A stretch of DNA of 64,000 bases, taken from NCBI GenBank assembly GCA_049322915.1, contig JBMOPW010000032.1, forward strand, positions 96,001-160,000, in the 5' to 3' direction. The notes under the pieces were generated by a model. It saw nothing but the letters and a program-made list of their open reading frames with translations. It searched no databases and was not told the DNA's origin. The position numbers and the translations under genes were made by a program. This stretch comes from Candidatus Zhuqueibacterota bacterium (GTDB taxonomy: Bacteria > Zhuqueibacterota > Zhuqueibacteria > Thermofontimicrobiales > Thermofontimicrobiaceae). Positions 38,275-46,974 of the stretch are shown here, piece by piece (within the stretch, counting starts at the first letter, position 1; the number at the start of each line of letters is the position of its first letter).

Positions 38275-40509
38275 ATGAAATCGTTTTTTTATCGCATCGC
38301 ACTGATTCTCAGTGTGATGATGATATGCCGGATCGGCTTCGCGATGGCATCTGAAGAACATTCCCCCGGAACGGGTGTGTTTGCAGGTCAGGTTATCGAT
38401 TCAGAAACCGGTGAACCGGTCGGGTTTGTCTATTTGTTGATTGAAGAGATTCATTTCTGGCAGCGGGTTGGAAGCGACGGTGTGTTTCGTTTTGAAAATA
38501 TACCCGCCGGCATTCATGCGGTAAAAACCTATCGGTTGGGATATAAAGAAGCTGTGGAGCAGGTCGCCATCGTAGAGGGGAAGGTTACAAACAAAACGTT
38601 CCGACTGGCGTTGGCGCCCATTCTGATTGGCGAGGTCATTGTTTCGGCGCACCGGGTGCATGGCGATTCCACCCTGGAAAATCCGGATATTGTCGTTGCC
38701 GATCGCAAGCTCAGGCAAAATCTGGGCATGACCATAGCCAAGACGCTTGAAAATGAACCGGGTCTGGATAAAATCTGTATGGGACCGGCTCCGGCGCGAC
38801 CGGTGCTGCGCGGTCTGGCTGGCGACCGGCTGCTGCTTCTCGAAGATGGCGAGCGGACCGGCGATCTTTCAGCGACGTCAGCGGATCACGCTGTATCCAT
38901 TGATCCCATGACCACCGAACGCATCGAAGTGATACGCGGGCCGGAAGCCATGATCTATGGCTCCAATGTCATGGCCGGCGTGATCAATGTCCAGCGGGAA
39001 TCGATACCGCGCGTGCGGCCGGAGAAAATAACCGGTTCGGTCACGTACCACGGAGAGAGCGTCACGAATGGAAGCGCTGGCGCGTTGGAATTGCGCGCGC
39101 CGGTCGGGCCAATGGCCATGCGATGGGATGCGAGTGTGCGCTCGGCCGGCACTGTGCAAACGCCGGTTGGCCCACTGCAAAACACGGAAATTCAAACGCT
39201 GAACAGCTCAATCGGGTTGAGTCTGGTTCGAAGCTGGGGTCATGCCGGAGTTGCCGGCGGTTGGTATGATTCGGAGTACGGCATTCCCCCTGATCCGATT
39301 GCCGGACACCCGAGCGGTGTGGATATTGACATGCTGCGGCAGCATGTAGCGACAGAAGGTCTGTTCAATGTCCCTTCGTCCATGATTCGGCACGTATACG
39401 TGAAGCATCAGTACTCCCGCTACCAGCACCAGGAGATTGAAGCATCGGGCATCATCGGCATGGAATTCGGGGTGGTGACGCATCATGCCACAGCGATTTT
39501 GCACTTCTGCGAATGCGGCCCATTGTACAATGCGCGAATCGGCATCTGGGGTGAATCGCGCGATTATGCGTCAGGCGGGCTCACGTTCACGCCGGATACC
39601 AGAGAGTCAGCCGTGGCCGTTTATCTGTACGATGAACTCATCCGCGGCCGCTGGTCATTCAATGGCGCGATTCGGGCGGACGGCAAAACAGTGCGTCCCG
39701 AAGCGAGCTATGTGACGCCCCATGTCGGCCACATCCGAACGCGCGACTTCGCCGGTATCTCCGGGGCGGTTTCCGGACACTACCATGTGAAACCGGACTT
39801 GATGCTGGGCGCTTCGGTCATCCGAACGTTTCGCGCTCCCGGGGTGGAGGAATTATTCTCGGAAGGGCCGCATCTGGCAGCCTATTCCTATGAAGTCGGC
39901 AATGCCGACCTGGACGAGGAGACCGGCATTGGATTCGAGCTCTTTGGCGAATACGAGTCCGGTCACGGGAAAATTCGGGCAGCAGTCTTTCGGAATGAAT
40001 TGCAGAATTACATTTTTCCGAGAAACACCGGAGAACGAAGCTGGCGTCGCGCCGATTTATTTCAATACCAGTACAGCGGATTCCATGCGCTGATGACCGG
40101 TTACGAGGTGTCGCTGGATTGGGCGCCGGCGAATTGGCTGTCGTTTTCAGCTCAGGTTCAGTATGTGAAAGGGCAATTGTTAGAAGAAGACCAGCCTATT
40201 CCCCGGATGCCGCCACTATCCGGCAAGGTGGAAATGCGCTACCATCGCGGGCCATTATCCATCATTGTGGATTCCAAAGGCGCTGACAGACAAAACAGGT
40301 TGGATCAGTTCGAACTGCCGACGGAGGGGTATCTCATTCAGGATACGACCGTGCAATATTTATTGCCAAAGGGGAAGCTGTTGCATACCCTTTCGCTGAC
40401 ACTGGAAAATATCGGGAATGCAGAATACCGCAGGCATTTGAATCGCGTCAAGGAAATCATGCCCGAGCCTGGGCGCAATGTTCGGCTCCTGTACAAGGTT
40501 TTCTTTTGA
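38275..40509 (+). CDS. TonB-dependent receptor with N-terminal carboxypeptidase-regulatory-like domain (probable metal uptake)
   Basis: GQVIDSETGEP, EVIVSA, plug RPVLRGL..DHAVSIDP..IEVIRGP..YGSN..GVINV, FRAP..EELFSEGPH, C-terminal PGRNVRLLYKVFF. Confidence 0.92.
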   Translation: MKSFFYRIALILSVMMICRIGFAMASEEHSPGTGVFAGQVIDSETGEPVGFVYLLIEEIHFWQRVGSDGVFRFENIPAGIHAVKTYRLGYKEAVEQVAIVEGKVTNKTFRLALAPILIGEVIVSAHRVHGDSTLENPDIVVADRKLRQNLGMTIAKTLENEPGLDKICMGPAPARPVLRGLAGDRLLLLEDGERTGDLSATSADHAVSIDPMTTERIEVIRGPEAMIYGSNVMAGVINVQRESIPRVRPEKITGSVTYHGESVTNGSAGALELRAPVGPMAMRWDASVRSAGTVQTPVGPLQNTEIQTLNSSIGLSLVRSWGHAGVAGGWYDSEYGIPPDPIAGHPSGVDIDMLRQHVATEGLFNVPSSMIRHVYVKHQYSRYQHQEIEASGIIGMEFGVVTHHATAILHFCECGPLYNARIGIWGESRDYASGGLTFTPDTRESAVAVYLYDELIRGRWSFNGAIRADGKTVRPEASYVTPHVGHIRTRDFAGISGAVSGHYHVKPDLMLGASVIRTFRAPGVEELFSEGPHLAAYSYEVGNADLDEETGIGFELFGEYESGHGKIRAAVFRNELQNYIFPRNTGERSWRRADLFQYQYSGFHALMTGYEVSLDWAPANWLSFSAQVQYVKGQLLEEDQPIPRMPPLSGKVEMRYHRGPLSIIVDSKGADRQNRLDQFELPTEGYLIQDTTVQYLLPKGKLLHTLSLTLENIGNAEYRRHLNRVKEIMPEPGRNVRLLYKVFF

Positions 40510-40596
40510 TGCGTCGCCATCGACGGGGAGTTGAATCATATCGTTGAAATGTCGCACAGAGTTTGAAATTCAGTTTACGTTGATTGGAGAATAGAA

Positions 40597-42024
40597 ATGG
40601 TAGTCGGAGATTTTACGCAGAAAGTGGACACGTTGGTGATTGGCGCCGGACCCGGCGGCTATGTCGCTGCCATTCGGGCGGCGCAATTGGGCCAGGAAGT
40701 CACGCTTGTAGAAAAAGATCACCTGGGAGGTGTCTGTCTCAACTGGGGATGCATCCCTTCCAAAGCGATGATTGAAGTGTCCGGGCTGAAACAGCGCATT
40801 GCCCGCGCAGCGGACATGGGGCTGATGACCGGCGAAGTTACGGTCGATCTGGCCAAACTGCATCACTGGAAAGATGATGTTGTTCTCAGGCTCAGAAAAG
40901 GAATTGAAGGCTTGCTCTCTAAAAATGGCGTGGACGTTGTTCATGGAAATGCGAGCTTCACGGATCCCGGTCACATTCTGGTGGATACCCGGGAGGGGTT
41001 GCAGCGCTTCGAATTCAAAAACGTCGTCATCGCCACCGGCTCGCATCCTATTCAACTCCCCGGCGTTCCGTTTGACGGCAGGGTTATCATCGATTCTTCG
41101 GACGCGCTGTCTTTGGCGGAAGTGCCGAAAAGAATGGTCGTCATTGGCGCAGGTTCGGTGGGAATTGAACTGGGAACTGTCTATCGAAAATTGGGCGCGG
41201 ACGTCACGATTCTGGAGAACCAGACTGCATTGCTGATGATGCTCGAACCGGAGGTGTCCCGAATTCTTGAGAAGTCGCTGAAGAAAATCGGAATCGATGT
41301 GTTGTTGGGCAGCGAGTTGAAATCGGTGCAGGTGAAAAATGATCGGGCCGAGCTCCATTATGTTCAAAATGGCGCGGCCAAAATTCTCGAAGCCGATAAG
41401 GTGCTGGTTGCAGTGGGCCGGCGCCCCAATACAGCCACACTCGGTCTCGGCAAATTGGGACTGACAACCGATGACCGCGGCTTCATCCCAGTGAACAGCC
41501 GGCTGGAGACCGGCGTGAAGGGCGTGTACGCCATTGGCGATGCGGTTGCCGGCCTCATGTTGGCGCATCGCGCATCGCACATGGGGAAAATCGCAGCAGA
41601 GGCTATTTCGAACCGACTTGCAGAGTTCGACAACCTGGCCATACCCGGCGTCATTTTCAGCGACCCTGAAATTGCGACGGTGGGAATGACTCAGGCTGAT
41701 GCGGAGAACCAGGGCTACACCGTGAAAGCCGGCGCATTTCCGTTCCGAGCCCTGGGCCGTGCAATGACCATCGGCGAGACCGAAGGGCTGACGAAAGTCG
41801 TCTCGGACGGGCAGACCGGAACTGTGCTGGGTGTGCATATCATCGGTCCGCACGCATCGGATCTGATTGCTGAAGGCGCGCTTGCCGTGGAATCGGCTTC
41901 CCACGTCGATGACTTGATGCTGACCATTCACGCGCATCCCACATTGACCGAAGGAGTCGGCGAAGCCGCCGAAGCCGTGGAAAATAAGGCGATCCATATT
42001 TTTAATTCGCCGATGAAACAATGA
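40597..42024 (+). CDS. lpdA: Dihydrolipoamide dehydrogenase E3
   Basis: GAGPGGY, GGVCLNWGCIPSK, HAHPTLTE. Confidence 0.95.
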   Translation: MVVGDFTQKVDTLVIGAGPGGYVAAIRAAQLGQEVTLVEKDHLGGVCLNWGCIPSKAMIEVSGLKQRIARAADMGLMTGEVTVDLAKLHHWKDDVVLRLRKGIEGLLSKNGVDVVHGNASFTDPGHILVDTREGLQRFEFKNVVIATGSHPIQLPGVPFDGRVIIDSSDALSLAEVPKRMVVIGAGSVGIELGTVYRKLGADVTILENQTALLMMLEPEVSRILEKSLKKIGIDVLLGSELKSVQVKNDRAELHYVQNGAAKILEADKVLVAVGRRPNTATLGLGKLGLTTDDRGFIPVNSRLETGVKGVYAIGDAVAGLMLAHRASHMGKIAAEAISNRLAEFDNLAIPGVIFSDPEIATVGMTQADAENQGYTVKAGAFPFRALGRAMTIGETEGLTKVVSDGQTGTVLGVHIIGPHASDLIAEGALAVESASHVDDLMLTIHAHPTLTEGVGEAAEAVENKAIHIFNSPMKQ

Positions 42025-42025
42025 T

Positions 42026-42694
42026 ATGAGCCCGAAAACCGGCAATACCCAGATTCACAGAATTCTGGAAATTCGACCGCTGAGCCGATCGGTCTTCTGC
42101 GTTCGTATGGAAAAAGGGGATTTGATTTTCCACGCCGGACAGCATGTCGCCATTGGTTTTCCGGGCGAGAATATGGTGCGGGACTATTCCATCTATTCCG
42201 GTGAACGCCAGCCGTTTCTCGATCTGTTGGTCAAAGCGCGGGAGATCGATGAAATTTCAGTCCGGCTACGAGCATGTCAGCAGAACGATATTGTCAGTCT
42301 GGGCGTTCCGACCGGTGACATGGTGCTCGAAAATCCAAAGGACGATAGGTTGAAATACCTTTTTATCTGCACCGGCACAGGTATTGGCCCTGTTCATTCC
42401 ATGGTGATCAGCTATCCGCGGCTCAATTATCGCATTGTTCATGGCATCTCCCGGCTGGACGATCGTGTCGACTCAGGCGATTATGACACGCGTCGCTATA
42501 TCACCTGCATATCGCAAGAGAACAGCGGCGATTTCTTCGGAAGGGTGACTGAATACATCCGCTTGCAGAAAATCGAGCCGGACACATTGTGCTATATCAG
42601 CGGCTTCCCGGAGATGGTGTTCGAGGTCTATCACCTGCTGCAATTGAAAGGGATTGCGCGGACAAATATTTTTACAGATCTATTTTTTAAATGA
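42026..42694 (+). CDS. Ferredoxin-NADP reductase-like FAD/NAD(P) oxidoreductase
   Basis: FHAGQ, RDYSI, CTGTGIGP, GRVT; YISG where YxCG is usual. Confidence 0.82.
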   Translation: MSPKTGNTQIHRILEIRPLSRSVFCVRMEKGDLIFHAGQHVAIGFPGENMVRDYSIYSGERQPFLDLLVKAREIDEISVRLRACQQNDIVSLGVPTGDMVLENPKDDRLKYLFICTGTGIGPVHSMVISYPRLNYRIVHGISRLDDRVDSGDYDTRRYITCISQENSGDFFGRVTEYIRLQKIEPDTLCYISGFPEMVFEVYHLLQLKGIARTNIFTDLFFK

Positions 42695-42723
42695 AACGTG
42701 TGCGGTGATGAGGGTGATGCAGC

Positions 42724-42764
42724 ATAGCAGTGGTTGGTCTGATCCAGCCACTGCTATTTTTTTT
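42724..42764 (+). terminator. Rho-independent terminator ending the redox/pdh block
   Basis: ATAGCAGTGGTTGG / CCAGCCACTGCTAT stem plus T run. Confidence 0.88.
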
Positions 42765-43212
42765 ACCAGGCGCCGTAGGAATTGACCGGGAAAGAATGCC
42801 GCCGGTTACACCTGCCGAATTTGAAAATAACTTCATATCCTGGTTCGCCGCCCGGGAGAGATTTCGCTTGTTTTTTTCCCGCTGATTTTGTAGTATTGAT
42901 CTACTTCAAAGCGATTGAATGCGCCGTCCCTGATATTCGAACTCAGACTACGGAATCCAATGTGGACACGCGCGCCGTCGATGGAGCCTGATTCGGATGT
43001 TTCCGCAGCGAACGGCTGCACTGATTCGAGCGTCAGCCGGCAGCGTTCGACTGATGTGCGGACGGAGTGAATTCGTGAATCCGTGGAATTTCATGCCCGG
43101 CAAGGAAACGCGCTATTCAATCCGCTACTGCAAAAAGACATGCTGAGATGCCGCGAATGCCTGTCCCGAAAATCCTGACTGCGGCGTAATTCATCCCCGG
43201 AGGTAGCGCAAC

Positions 43213-44016
43213 GTGGACCTTTTTCTGAAAGCATTGATACTGGGTGTGGTTGAAGGACTCACCGAATTCCTTCCGATCAGCAGCACCGGTCACATGATTC
43301 TTGTCAACGAGTTCGTTCAACTGGAACACTCATTTGCCACCATGTTCGAGGTCGTCATTCAGTTGGGGGCGATTCTCTCGGTTGTTCTGTATTTCTGGCC
43401 GAAATTATCGGCAGTCTTTTCAGCGGATGTCCTGAAACGTGCAGAGTGCCGCGGGCTGTGGATTCGGGCCATCATCGGCGTTTTCCCGGCGCTGGTGATT
43501 GGCGCCATTGCTGGCGATTTCGTCGAGGCGCATCTGTTCAACCCGATGGTGGTCGCCATTGCGCTGGCGTTCTGGGGAATCGTGCTGATAGTTTTGGAGA
43601 GCCGCCACAGGAAACCGAGCATCACGTCGGTGGCGGAACTTCCGATCAAAATAGTGCTGGGGATAGGTTTAATTCAATGTCTGGCCATGGTGCCGGGCAC
43701 ATCGCGGTCGGCAGCGACGATAGTCGGCGCCATGCTGCTGGGCGCATCGCGCGGGGTTGCGGCAGAATTCTCATTCTTTTTAGCGATCCCCACCATGGCG
43801 GCTGCTTCGGCCTATACGTTGTTGAAGAGCGGATTGAATTACTCATCCGATCAGTGGCTGGCCCTCGGGCTTGGCTTTGTCACAGCATTTCTGGTAGCCT
43901 GGGCGACCATCGCATTTTTAATGCGCTATATTCAAACCCGGGATTTCCGGCCATTCGGTTACTACCGCGTTGTGCTGGGTGTTCTGGTCGCTGCGTTTTT
44001 TCTCTGGGTAAAGTAA
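43213..44016 (+). CDS. uppP: Undecaprenyl-diphosphate phosphatase
   Basis: VEGLTEFLPISSTGH, IQLGAIL, PGTSRS, EFSFFLAIP. Confidence 0.95.
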   Translation: MDLFLKALILGVVEGLTEFLPISSTGHMILVNEFVQLEHSFATMFEVVIQLGAILSVVLYFWPKLSAVFSADVLKRAECRGLWIRAIIGVFPALVIGAIAGDFVEAHLFNPMVVAIALAFWGIVLIVLESRHRKPSITSVAELPIKIVLGIGLIQCLAMVPGTSRSAATIVGAMLLGASRGVAAEFSFFLAIPTMAAASAYTLLKSGLNYSSDQWLALGLGFVTAFLVAWATIAFLMRYIQTRDFRPFGYYRVVLGVLVAAFFLWVK

Positions 44017-44044
44017 ACGGCTGGCAGACTGCCGCTGGCGCTCA

Positions 44045-46957
44045 TTATCGGAAAACAATCTCAATTCGCCGATTCAGCTTTCTGCCAATGGGACTTTGAT
44101 TGTCGCCAATCAGAATACGCTCGCCGCTGAGGCGGGTGATGCCCAATGGTATTTCCTCACCAAAACCAAGGGCCGGTGAAATATTTCCGGCTACAGTCGG
44201 GTAAAAATCCGGGACCTCGTTTTTCACGTGGGTTTTAAAACCTTCGTGGAATCTGGTGGCGCGTTGTTCAGAGAGCAGGTTGTTAATTTCGGTTGGCCCA
44301 ACGGCGCAGGCGTGTCCTTCAAAGTGCATCGTTTTCTTGCCATCCAGCATCGTTCGGGTGATGTCCAGCAGCCGCTTCCAGTAAAAGCCGTACATGGGAC
44401 TGGTGCCGGCAAATTGCAGCGGAAATGCGATGCGGTGTTCGCGCAAAAAGGTTGATTCATTCAAATAAGTTTTTTTAACCCGGGTATGGAATTCCCGCCC
44501 CAATTCATCCCGGAGGTTGATGAAATAATCAACGTCTTGATTCATCCACGCAGAAAGGCTGCCGGCGCGACCCGGATCCCAATCGATTTGATTATCGAAG
44601 TTCATTCGGAATTGCAGGTTGCTTAATTCCAGGCTATCCTGCAGCATGTTCTGCGAGAGGAAAAGCTGGCCGGCGTTGGTTTGCGCGGCGCATTTTATTG
44701 CCGACTTGAACGTCACCTGCTTGTGTATTTCCTCGTTATCTGTGTGACGAATGGGAAGGAACAGAATGGCCTGGCCCTGCGCGTCCGTGGTGATGGCAAC
44801 GTAGCGCCGTTCTTCGAACACCCAATCAGCGTCCTGCGGATTCTTCGGGATGCGCCTTTCCGGAAGTACTTTTCCTTCAACGAGGAGTATTTGATTTTCG
44901 TTCACGCCCAACATCATCAATGAATCTCGAACAGCCTCGGCGCGGGCATTGGCCAGAGCGACATCGGTTTCGCCGGAATTGGTGTCGGCGAATTCCTGCA
45001 ATGTAATTTTCAATTCGCGATGTTCGGCCAATCGTTTCGCTAACGTTGCTACCGGCGGATCGAATGAGGTTTTGTGCAGGTATTCGTTTTTCACCTTTGT
45101 GCTGTTGACATCGAAACAGACTTCGGTGATAATGGGCATATCGATGGTCACCCGGGCGATGGTTTTCACGGCCACAGTGTCGTCGCAGGCAAATGTACCT
45201 TTGGGAATGGTGGTGAAATTTTCGGACAGTGCATTGTTGATTCTATTGAGTTCAAAAAGTTTCTCTTCTTTATCTGCCACAGCCACTATCTGGTGTGAGC
45301 CCAACAAAAAGGTATTCCAGGAAATTTGGATGGTATCGGATTCGCCCGGTTTCATTTCTGCAAGTTGACTCTCAAAGAGTATGTGTGAATGCGCTTCTTT
45401 TCCTTCCGAAAGATCGTGCACGACCTTCACAGTTGAGTCGTAAATGGTCATGCTGAAGTCTCTGGCTGTTGAATTACCGGTATTGGTGACCAATATTTTT
45501 AATTCACCGTGGTAATCGTCTTCGGTGATAACTCGGTGATAATCGAATTCGATTTTTTCAATTTTGATGTCCGGGGAGGGAATATAAAAATGGGCGATGC
45601 GGCCCTGTTTTGTCTCGGCAAAATTCAGATGCTGATCCAAATCTTCAGCGATCACCAGCCAGTAATTATCCCCGCCGAACGGTTTATTCACGATGAAGGA
45701 GTCGGCTTTGACCGGTTCATTCAGCCGGAAGTTGGTTTCGGAAAGCATTGCATAAAATTTATCAGTTTGTTTCGCGTCATAAAAAGAAAGAAGCTGCGCT
45801 AATCTGGTGCTGTCCGGATCGAGCACGAGCGTGTAGGCGACTTCGTCGAAAATATCCGGGTCGCGGGTATCTTCCCATTTTAAGGTAACGGATTCGGTTT
45901 TCACGGTGTCGCCGTTGGCCGGGCTGGCGAAGCGGAAATTCTCCGGGCCAATGGGATAGTGCGACATGGTTCCGCGGTAGGTTCGGGAGAAAAATTCGCC
46001 TTCATCGATGGTGGCCATATCCAACTGCAGGGCGTTGTTGCGGCCCGGCAGCAGGGTTTGTTCGGACGTCATCAAATCGTCGAGGCAGATGGTGGCGCCA
46101 AAGGAGACCTTGCTCATCAAATCGGCGCCAAAATCGTATCCGCCGTTGATGGAAAATCGTTTGTTCCACGAAATTTCCGTGCCAATTCCAACAGCCCCAT
46201 CTTCGTCTTTAACATTGTAATAATCGGCCAAAACCTGTACCTGCACGCCCCCGTGGGTTCCGGCATAAAACGCAGCGCCAACGCGCCAGGTTTGCGGCAG
46301 TGGTGTGGCAACATTTTCATAAGTTAAATCCTGTCCCATTTGCGTGAGCGCAACTCCCAAAGAGAGCACGCCGTGTTTCAGCAGTGAATTGCCCAGGTCG
46401 AAACGGGGCGTTCTGCCAAGCAGGCCAATGTCGGCGATCCAAGCGTTGGCGTGAAACTGGTCCAGATTGCTTCGCAGATATTTGAAGCTGGCGCCAAGGG
46501 CGAGATTGTCGGAAATGACCGACAGCGGCTGGCCGATACTCAGCGCTGCGATGAAATCATTGGCTGTGGCCATGGGAACTGCTTCGTCAGTGCTGTCGAA
46601 TTCCGGCACGCCGTGATAAATGAGGCCCACCGAGAATCGGGTTTTGCGGCTCCAGGGGGTGCGGAAATTCTTCCCGGAAATCAATGAAGCATTGTACACG
46701 TCGGCGATCCATTTTGAGTAAGAGGCGGCCCAGTACCATTCTCGCGTCAGCCCGGCTGTGCCGGGATTGGCAAAAATGGCATGAAGCTCGTCCAGGCCGC
46801 TGGTCTGCGCCGACCCCATGGATTGGAGTCTGGCGCCGGGCAGCATTTTAAGAAATGGCGCGCCGGCCCTGATCTGTCCATACCCGGCATTGACGCAGAG
46901 CAAGAGGCACAGGATCGGAAAGAGTGACAATCGAAAAATGTAACCGCACAACTTCAT
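44045..46957 (-). CDS. PorV/UPF0164-like barrel fused to FN3-like, CARDB and two OmpA-like domains
   Basis: APFLKMLPGARLQSMG..AIFANPG; TLKWEDTRDPD; PDIKI..VTNTG..MKPGES..IVAVAD..ELNRINN; CFDVNS..LANARAEAVRDSL; FEGHAC..NNLLSEQRA..GFGE..NRRIEI. Confidence 0.78.
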   Translation of the reverse strand: MKLCGYIFRLSLFPILCLLLCVNAGYGQIRAGAPFLKMLPGARLQSMGSAQTSGLDELHAIFANPGTAGLTREWYWAASYSKWIADVYNASLISGKNFRTPWSRKTRFSVGLIYHGVPEFDSTDEAVPMATANDFIAALSIGQPLSVISDNLALGASFKYLRSNLDQFHANAWIADIGLLGRTPRFDLGNSLLKHGVLSLGVALTQMGQDLTYENVATPLPQTWRVGAAFYAGTHGGVQVQVLADYYNVKDEDGAVGIGTEISWNKRFSINGGYDFGADLMSKVSFGATICLDDLMTSEQTLLPGRNNALQLDMATIDEGEFFSRTYRGTMSHYPIGPENFRFASPANGDTVKTESVTLKWEDTRDPDIFDEVAYTLVLDPDSTRLAQLLSFYDAKQTDKFYAMLSETNFRLNEPVKADSFIVNKPFGGDNYWLVIAEDLDQHLNFAETKQGRIAHFYIPSPDIKIEKIEFDYHRVITEDDYHGELKILVTNTGNSTARDFSMTIYDSTVKVVHDLSEGKEAHSHILFESQLAEMKPGESDTIQISWNTFLLGSHQIVAVADKEEKLFELNRINNALSENFTTIPKGTFACDDTVAVKTIARVTIDMPIITEVCFDVNSTKVKNEYLHKTSFDPPVATLAKRLAEHRELKITLQEFADTNSGETDVALANARAEAVRDSLMMLGVNENQILLVEGKVLPERRIPKNPQDADWVFEERRYVAITTDAQGQAILFLPIRHTDNEEIHKQVTFKSAIKCAAQTNAGQLFLSQNMLQDSLELSNLQFRMNFDNQIDWDPGRAGSLSAWMNQDVDYFINLRDELGREFHTRVKKTYLNESTFLREHRIAFPLQFAGTSPMYGFYWKRLLDITRTMLDGKKTMHFEGHACAVGPTEINNLLSEQRATRFHEGFKTHVKNEVPDFYPTVAGNISPALGFGEEIPLGITRLSGERILIGDNQSPIGRKLNRRIEIVFR

Positions 46958-46974
46958 GGATTGGCCTGTTATTT

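Noticed and set aside
40570..42045. 491-aa - strand ORF
   Set aside because: Antisense shadow of lpdA. The other short track ORFs overlapping called genes were rejected likewise.
42765..43212. 450-bp spacer before uppP as small gene or riboswitch
   Set aside because: Short ORFs lack RBS or motifs, GATGGAG does not complete a fluoride aptamer, and no dominant fold is apparent.
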